64,000 nucleotides of DNA from Nemertoderma westbladi (taxonomy: Eukaryota > Animalia > Xenacoelomorpha). A program made the translations under genes and the position numbers. Below the pieces are notes generated by a model. That model searched no databases and was not told the DNA's origin. It saw only the letters and a list, made by a program, of their open reading frames with translations. Shown piece after piece: positions 59,081-64,000 of this stretch; the stretch's first letter is position 1, and the number at the start of each line of letters is the position of its first letter. The stretch spans positions 1,112-65,111 of the forward strand of contig JAUCBJ010008410.1 in the NCBI GenBank assembly GCA_032718475.1, written 5' to 3'.

Positions 59081-61359
59081 AAAAGAATAATAAATTCAAC
59101 GTCAAAAGTGAAAATAGCCAAATTAAATTCCGATTTGACTAAACTCGATTCAGAGTTATATCTATCTCGCCAGCATGAATCAAAAAGGAACGAAATTAAT
59201 GCCGTGAATAAGATCAAAGTAAATCCGAAATTCTTTTTTTCCTTTGCTAACACGAAATGTAAGGATAAAGTAAATGTTGGTCCTTTTGTTATTAACGGCA
59301 AAATAGTTTCTAATCCCGTTGATGTTTGTGAAACTTTACATGAACAATACCAATCAGTTTTTTCCAATCCAATTGCAGCTCTTAGGGTCTACTCACCCTC
59401 AGAGTTCTTTAAAGTCGATCAAGATACCAAACTAACTGATGTCCCGATTACATTAGAACTTATTATCATGGCTATTGATAAGCAATGTGCAGCCTCATCG
59501 GCAGGTCCTGATGGTATTCCAGCTCTTCTACTCAAATCATGTAAGAATGAGTTGGCCCATCCCCTCTCTATAATCTATCAGGAATCATTATCATCTGGTA
59601 TATTTCCATCTACTTTTAAATTTGGACATATTACCCCAATATTTAAGAAAGGATCCCGACTGGAGCCAATTAATTATCGACCAGTAAGTCTTACATCCAA
59701 CTACTAGACCATTACACATACATTCTAGACTTGCTGGCAACGGCTGAAGGAGCCGATCTGATCTACCTTGACTTTGCCAAGGCATTTGACAAGGTAGACC
59801 ACGGCGTCTTACTTCACAAAATTATAAAACTTGGTATCAGCGGTAGTTTGGGAGTGTGGCTCGCAAACTTCCTAACAAATCGGTCCCAGAAAGTTGTAAT
59901 AAACGGTGCCAGTTCCCATCCCCAACCCATCCTTAGCGGGGTTCCACAAGGAACGGTACTTGGACCCCTACTGTTCCTTATTATGGTTGGGGACATTAAC
60001 ACTAACACAAACAATAAATTATCATCATTTGCTGACGACACAAGAGTAACTGCTCCATCTCTTAACAATGATGACAATAATCTACAAAGAGATTTGAATA
60101 CAATATATGATTGGGCTGTAAATAACAATATGCATCTGCATGGTGACAAATTTGAGCATCTGCACTACAGCAACAAACCCAAATCTCATCCACACAATAG
60201 CTACACTTATATAAATTCTACTGGCGACCATTTGATAATAACTTCAGATCATGCAACTAAAGATCTAGGTGTGACCATGAGTGATAATGGGCGTTTTTCA
60301 TTACATATCACAAACATTTGTAAAACCGGATCTCAGTTATGTGGCTGGATACTAAGGACATTTACAACCCGTAATGTAATCCCCATGGTAACCCTTTTTA
60401 ATTCTCTCGTCCGTCCAAGACTCGAATATTGCTGCCAGTTGTGGAACCCAGCTACTGTAGCTGATATCCAAAAAATTGAAAATGTACAACGGGCCTACAC
60501 CCGCCGCATATTTGGAATGAAGGATATAAATTATTGGGAACGCTTGAAAATGTTACGGTTATATTCGCTCGAGCGGAGGAGAGAAAGGTATATAATAATA
60601 TATACATGGAAAATTATCGAATATAGAGTTCCAAATATTTCAGATTTAACCTATAAAATTTAATCTACAAAAAACATCCGCAGAGGTCGACTTTGTACCA
60701 TACCGTCCCTTGCAAGTAAGGCTACATGTCGCGTCTCCTCTCTTATAGACAACAGTTTTTGTGTTATTGGACCTAAATTATTTAACACCATCCCAAAACA
60801 TATAAGAGACTTGACAGGCTGCGCACTGGAGACTTTTAAAAAGCATCTTGATGCATATCTTTTCACCGTCCCAGATTGTCCCGGCTCGCCTGGATACACT
60901 GACTCTAGACCTATCCAGTCAAACTCCCTAACTAAGGTACAAACAAGTATTAAAATAAATTAAATGGACTACATTTCTTTCATTGCATCGTTCCATTTAA
61001 ACAGAAGAATTAGCCAGTTTTTGCACAATTTGTATACAATGTATATTTTTACAATAATGTTTTTTTTTTTTTTTTTCTCATTATTAGTTATGTGCATTTT
61101 GTGCCTTATTTGCGTAATTTTTACAACTGTAGGCCCGTACTTAATTATTTAATATACTGCAGTTTTTAGGTTTATGTACTTAATTTGGTGTGCTCTACGA
61201 GTTCTACCGTGTGAATTTTAAATCACTAAATATATATAGAAGAATACAAGAATAGACTAATGACAAAGCATTTGAATTTCCCACTATTTATTATTTAATT
61301 TCAAAATCAGATAATATATACTGTCCACCCCTATATACACCTTAAACCTATACACATAT

Positions 61360-61590
61360 ACATACCGACAGACAGGCAGACAGACAAACAGACAGACAGG
61401 CATATAGAGAGTAACATAGATAGACGCATATGAATTAATTAAGACATGCACATAATAATGGAATATTATGCCTTGAGCAAAGATAAGAGGGGCAGACATA
61501 TACATACATACAGACAGAATGACTGACAGACTGACAGACAGACTGACTGACAGACAGACAGACTGACGGACAGACAGAGAGACAGACAGA
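61360..61590. repeat. (GACA/GACT)n microsatellite region
   Basis: Seen directly. Confidence 0.85.
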
Positions 61591-61645
61591 GGGAATGTAG
61601 ATATACTTAAATGAATCAATGACATACAGGATTAATTTAGATAGT

Positions 61646-62960
61646 CTACTCATGCGAGTTCGGAGAGAAAACCGCTATTCAATGTTTTATTTGTCAACGA
61701 GGTGTTCACAGTGGTTGTGTCACTGATCCAACGCAAACAGAAGAATATAAAGCACTAACGTCGGCCCGCGGATTTGTCTGGGTATGCCTCTATTGCCAAC
61801 AACGGTCCATAGCTGGCAAAGCAATTATTCGCGATAAAGAAGGCGAATCCATTGCCGGTATTCGTAAGCGTCAAATTCTAGGCGCAGTGGCTACGACTGA
61901 AGGAGTACCGGTACCGTTGTCGGAACAAATGAGGGTTAAGGAACTGCAAACAAGAAGTCCAACAGTCAATGGGCCAAGTCAGTTCGAGAGTGATAACTGC
62001 ATTCTCACCATTACAAACACCGCTACTGGTCAATTCACCGTCAGTTCCAGTATATGGATTCGACCAACCAAACTCAAGTTAGTCGACTACAAAACCGCTT
62101 TGATATACTGGACGATGAAGATGATGATGTTGTCGATTTAGGTTCTGTACATTATGAAACAGAGGATGAATGGGTAAATCCCAACAGTACTGTTGGTAGA
62201 GAGACGTCACCGGTATCACACAACCACAATAAATCGGAACCTCATTCTACAAACAGCAGCAATGAAAATAGACCTGTCTGTCGGTTCTTTCGCAATGGGA
62301 ACTGCCAGTTTGGCCGATCGGGACGAGGCTGTTCATATCGACATCCAAAACTTTGTCTTAAATTCTTAAACAAAGGAAAATCAAGCCAAGGTGGCTGCAC
62401 TAAGGGGACGTCCTGTAGGTACTTTCATCCCACACTGTGCCGCAATTCTGTCAACGAAAAACAATGCCTTAATGGCAAATGTAACTTCTACCATATCCGT
62501 GGCACTCAACGTGCCAAGAGGCTGCAGGAAAATCGCGTGGAAGACAGATATAATATCAGGGAACAAAGTGTTGGGCTACAAGGGAATAACATAGTCCCCC
62601 GGAGCTACACCAAGTCGAACCTCCCTCCTCATAGAGAAATCGACCAACCAAACACCAATGGTCAAATCCAGCAGCGTAACGTGGAATGCTATCGCTATGG
62701 TGAAGCTCAGACTTTGCAGACCACGGATCAGAGTTCTTTTTTAGAGAACGCCATGGCGGAAATGCAGAACTCGTTTACTATGCAAATGTCTCAGATGCAG
62801 GATCAAATATCGGGTATGCAGCGCCAGTTCTCTCACCAACTTCAGCAGTTGGTGCAGCTACAGCCCCAGGCAGCTGCATCCCCACCTCAAACCCAAACAC
62901 AATACTATACTCAGCAACCGAGTGTCCAGAACAAACAACAAATGCAAGGTTTTGCCCAGT
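61646..62960 (+). pseudogene. Second partial copy of the outer LINE ORF1 (matches 49853-51195)
   Basis: Near-identical sequence; retains CGA where the first copy has TGA; small deletion near 62030. Confidence 0.92.
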
Positions 62961-63639
62961 GTTCGCGCTTTCAGACCTTTGGCAGTTTAACCCGCCAAAT
63001 TAGGATGTCTTCTAGATAATAAATCGCTTTAGCCTCTAACAAGTATTTGATTCACTACACTAGTTGAAACCAATCTGTGCGCGATCATTCACCCGTTGGA
63101 TATACCCGGGAGATTGATTTCGACAGCTTAATCGTATTGCTATGTAAGCCTAATGTATTATTCGACTGACAGTATTATATAATCTCTGACAATATTATTC
63201 ACCTTCAGGGAATATTAACAGTTCCTTTAGGACGTGGCGCTCTATCTATATAAACAGAGTTATGACTTAAACTACTCACAACGATATGGCTTAGTTACAA
63301 TTCACATATATGGCGCATTCTTTAGGAAATGCTTCGTTATCAGTCTCACTCATACACAATGCTGCACAATACTGCACACTGATCTGCCGATCTTCACTGA
63401 TTTTAGTCACATATAAAAGGAACACGGACCGAATCATGTAGGGTCTATCAAATAACATTAGATTCACTTCAAACCACTCAACATAGGTCGCAATCATTTA
63501 TCTGTAATCTTTCTCTCTTACCTTTGGTATATCAAGAATATTGGGTTTTCGGGGTTATTTGTCGTTATTCCAAATATAATAATTCATCAACCATATTATG
63601 AAGAACTGACAGTAAATAGCAGTATAACAATATAAAGTA

Positions 63640-63708
63640 TGCACAGTGTTACACAGTATGCAGTGTATGCAGTACTGCAGTATGCAGTATGCAGTATGCA
63701 GTATACAG
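63640..63708. repeat. (CAGTATG)n short tandem repeat
   Basis: Seen directly. Confidence 0.8.
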
Positions 63709-64000
63709 ATAACGGATATATGTCCTTATAATTAAGCCTACTAGTGTAGGACTAAAAACTGAAAAAACGGAGGTGCCAAAAGCCGGTTCTTAGGCTCTGG
63801 GCAAAACATAACACTGAACTACTGAGTTTCTGTATACACCTCCAACACAGAGACAACAAACGCTCTGATTGGTCAACCTGAACAACGAGAGAACAAAGAA
63901 ACAAAGAAACGTCGACGTGGCAATATCAGCTGCTAGCCGTCGTCATGGTAGCGACACTGTTTTCAAGAGTATCGAGCTTTTACGTTACGGAATTACGGAT

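Larger units (their letters stand above)
49548..60960 (+). mobile_element. CR1-group LINE (outer), disrupted, hosting a solo LTR and a second LINE
   Basis: ORF1 49548-51248 (PHD finger, CCCH fingers, TGA at 50559). ORF2 has APE motifs (LNIQGL, ETHL, GDFN, PTR, SDH) and RT motifs (GPDG, NYRPVSL, LDFAKAFDKVDH, GVPQGTVLGP, FADD, RPRLEY). Confidence 0.88.

Overview
AT-rich eukaryotic (animal-like) genomic DNA, almost entirely transposable elements around one spliced host gene. (1) 1-18016: right part of an integrated Polinton/Maverick (adintovirus-like) element. It has a capsid module on + (penton C-terminus, core protein, double jelly-roll MCP, adenain protease, DEDD-like ORF). On - it has a replication module (pPolB, a TATA-binding-protein-like gene, a PC4-like gene), most of which is tandemly duplicated (about 6.19 kb). 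It ends in a tRNA-like Pol III unit and an ACTACTACT terminus. (2) 21306-44535: six phase-compatible exons of an ADAM/reprolysin-like metalloprotease, in which two ShKT-domain exons lie between the zinc-binding motif and the Met-turn, i.e. inside the catalytic domain. (3) Introns and downstream DNA hold nested TEs: LINEs (one with a 2A-like motif), a Kolobok-type MITE and transposase with CTCF-like repeats, Gypsy, P-like, hATm-like with a very young Copia inside, BEL gag, two solo LTRs and a foldback element. Repeat copies show CpG-type decay. All family assignments come from motif recognition by eye; no searches were run.
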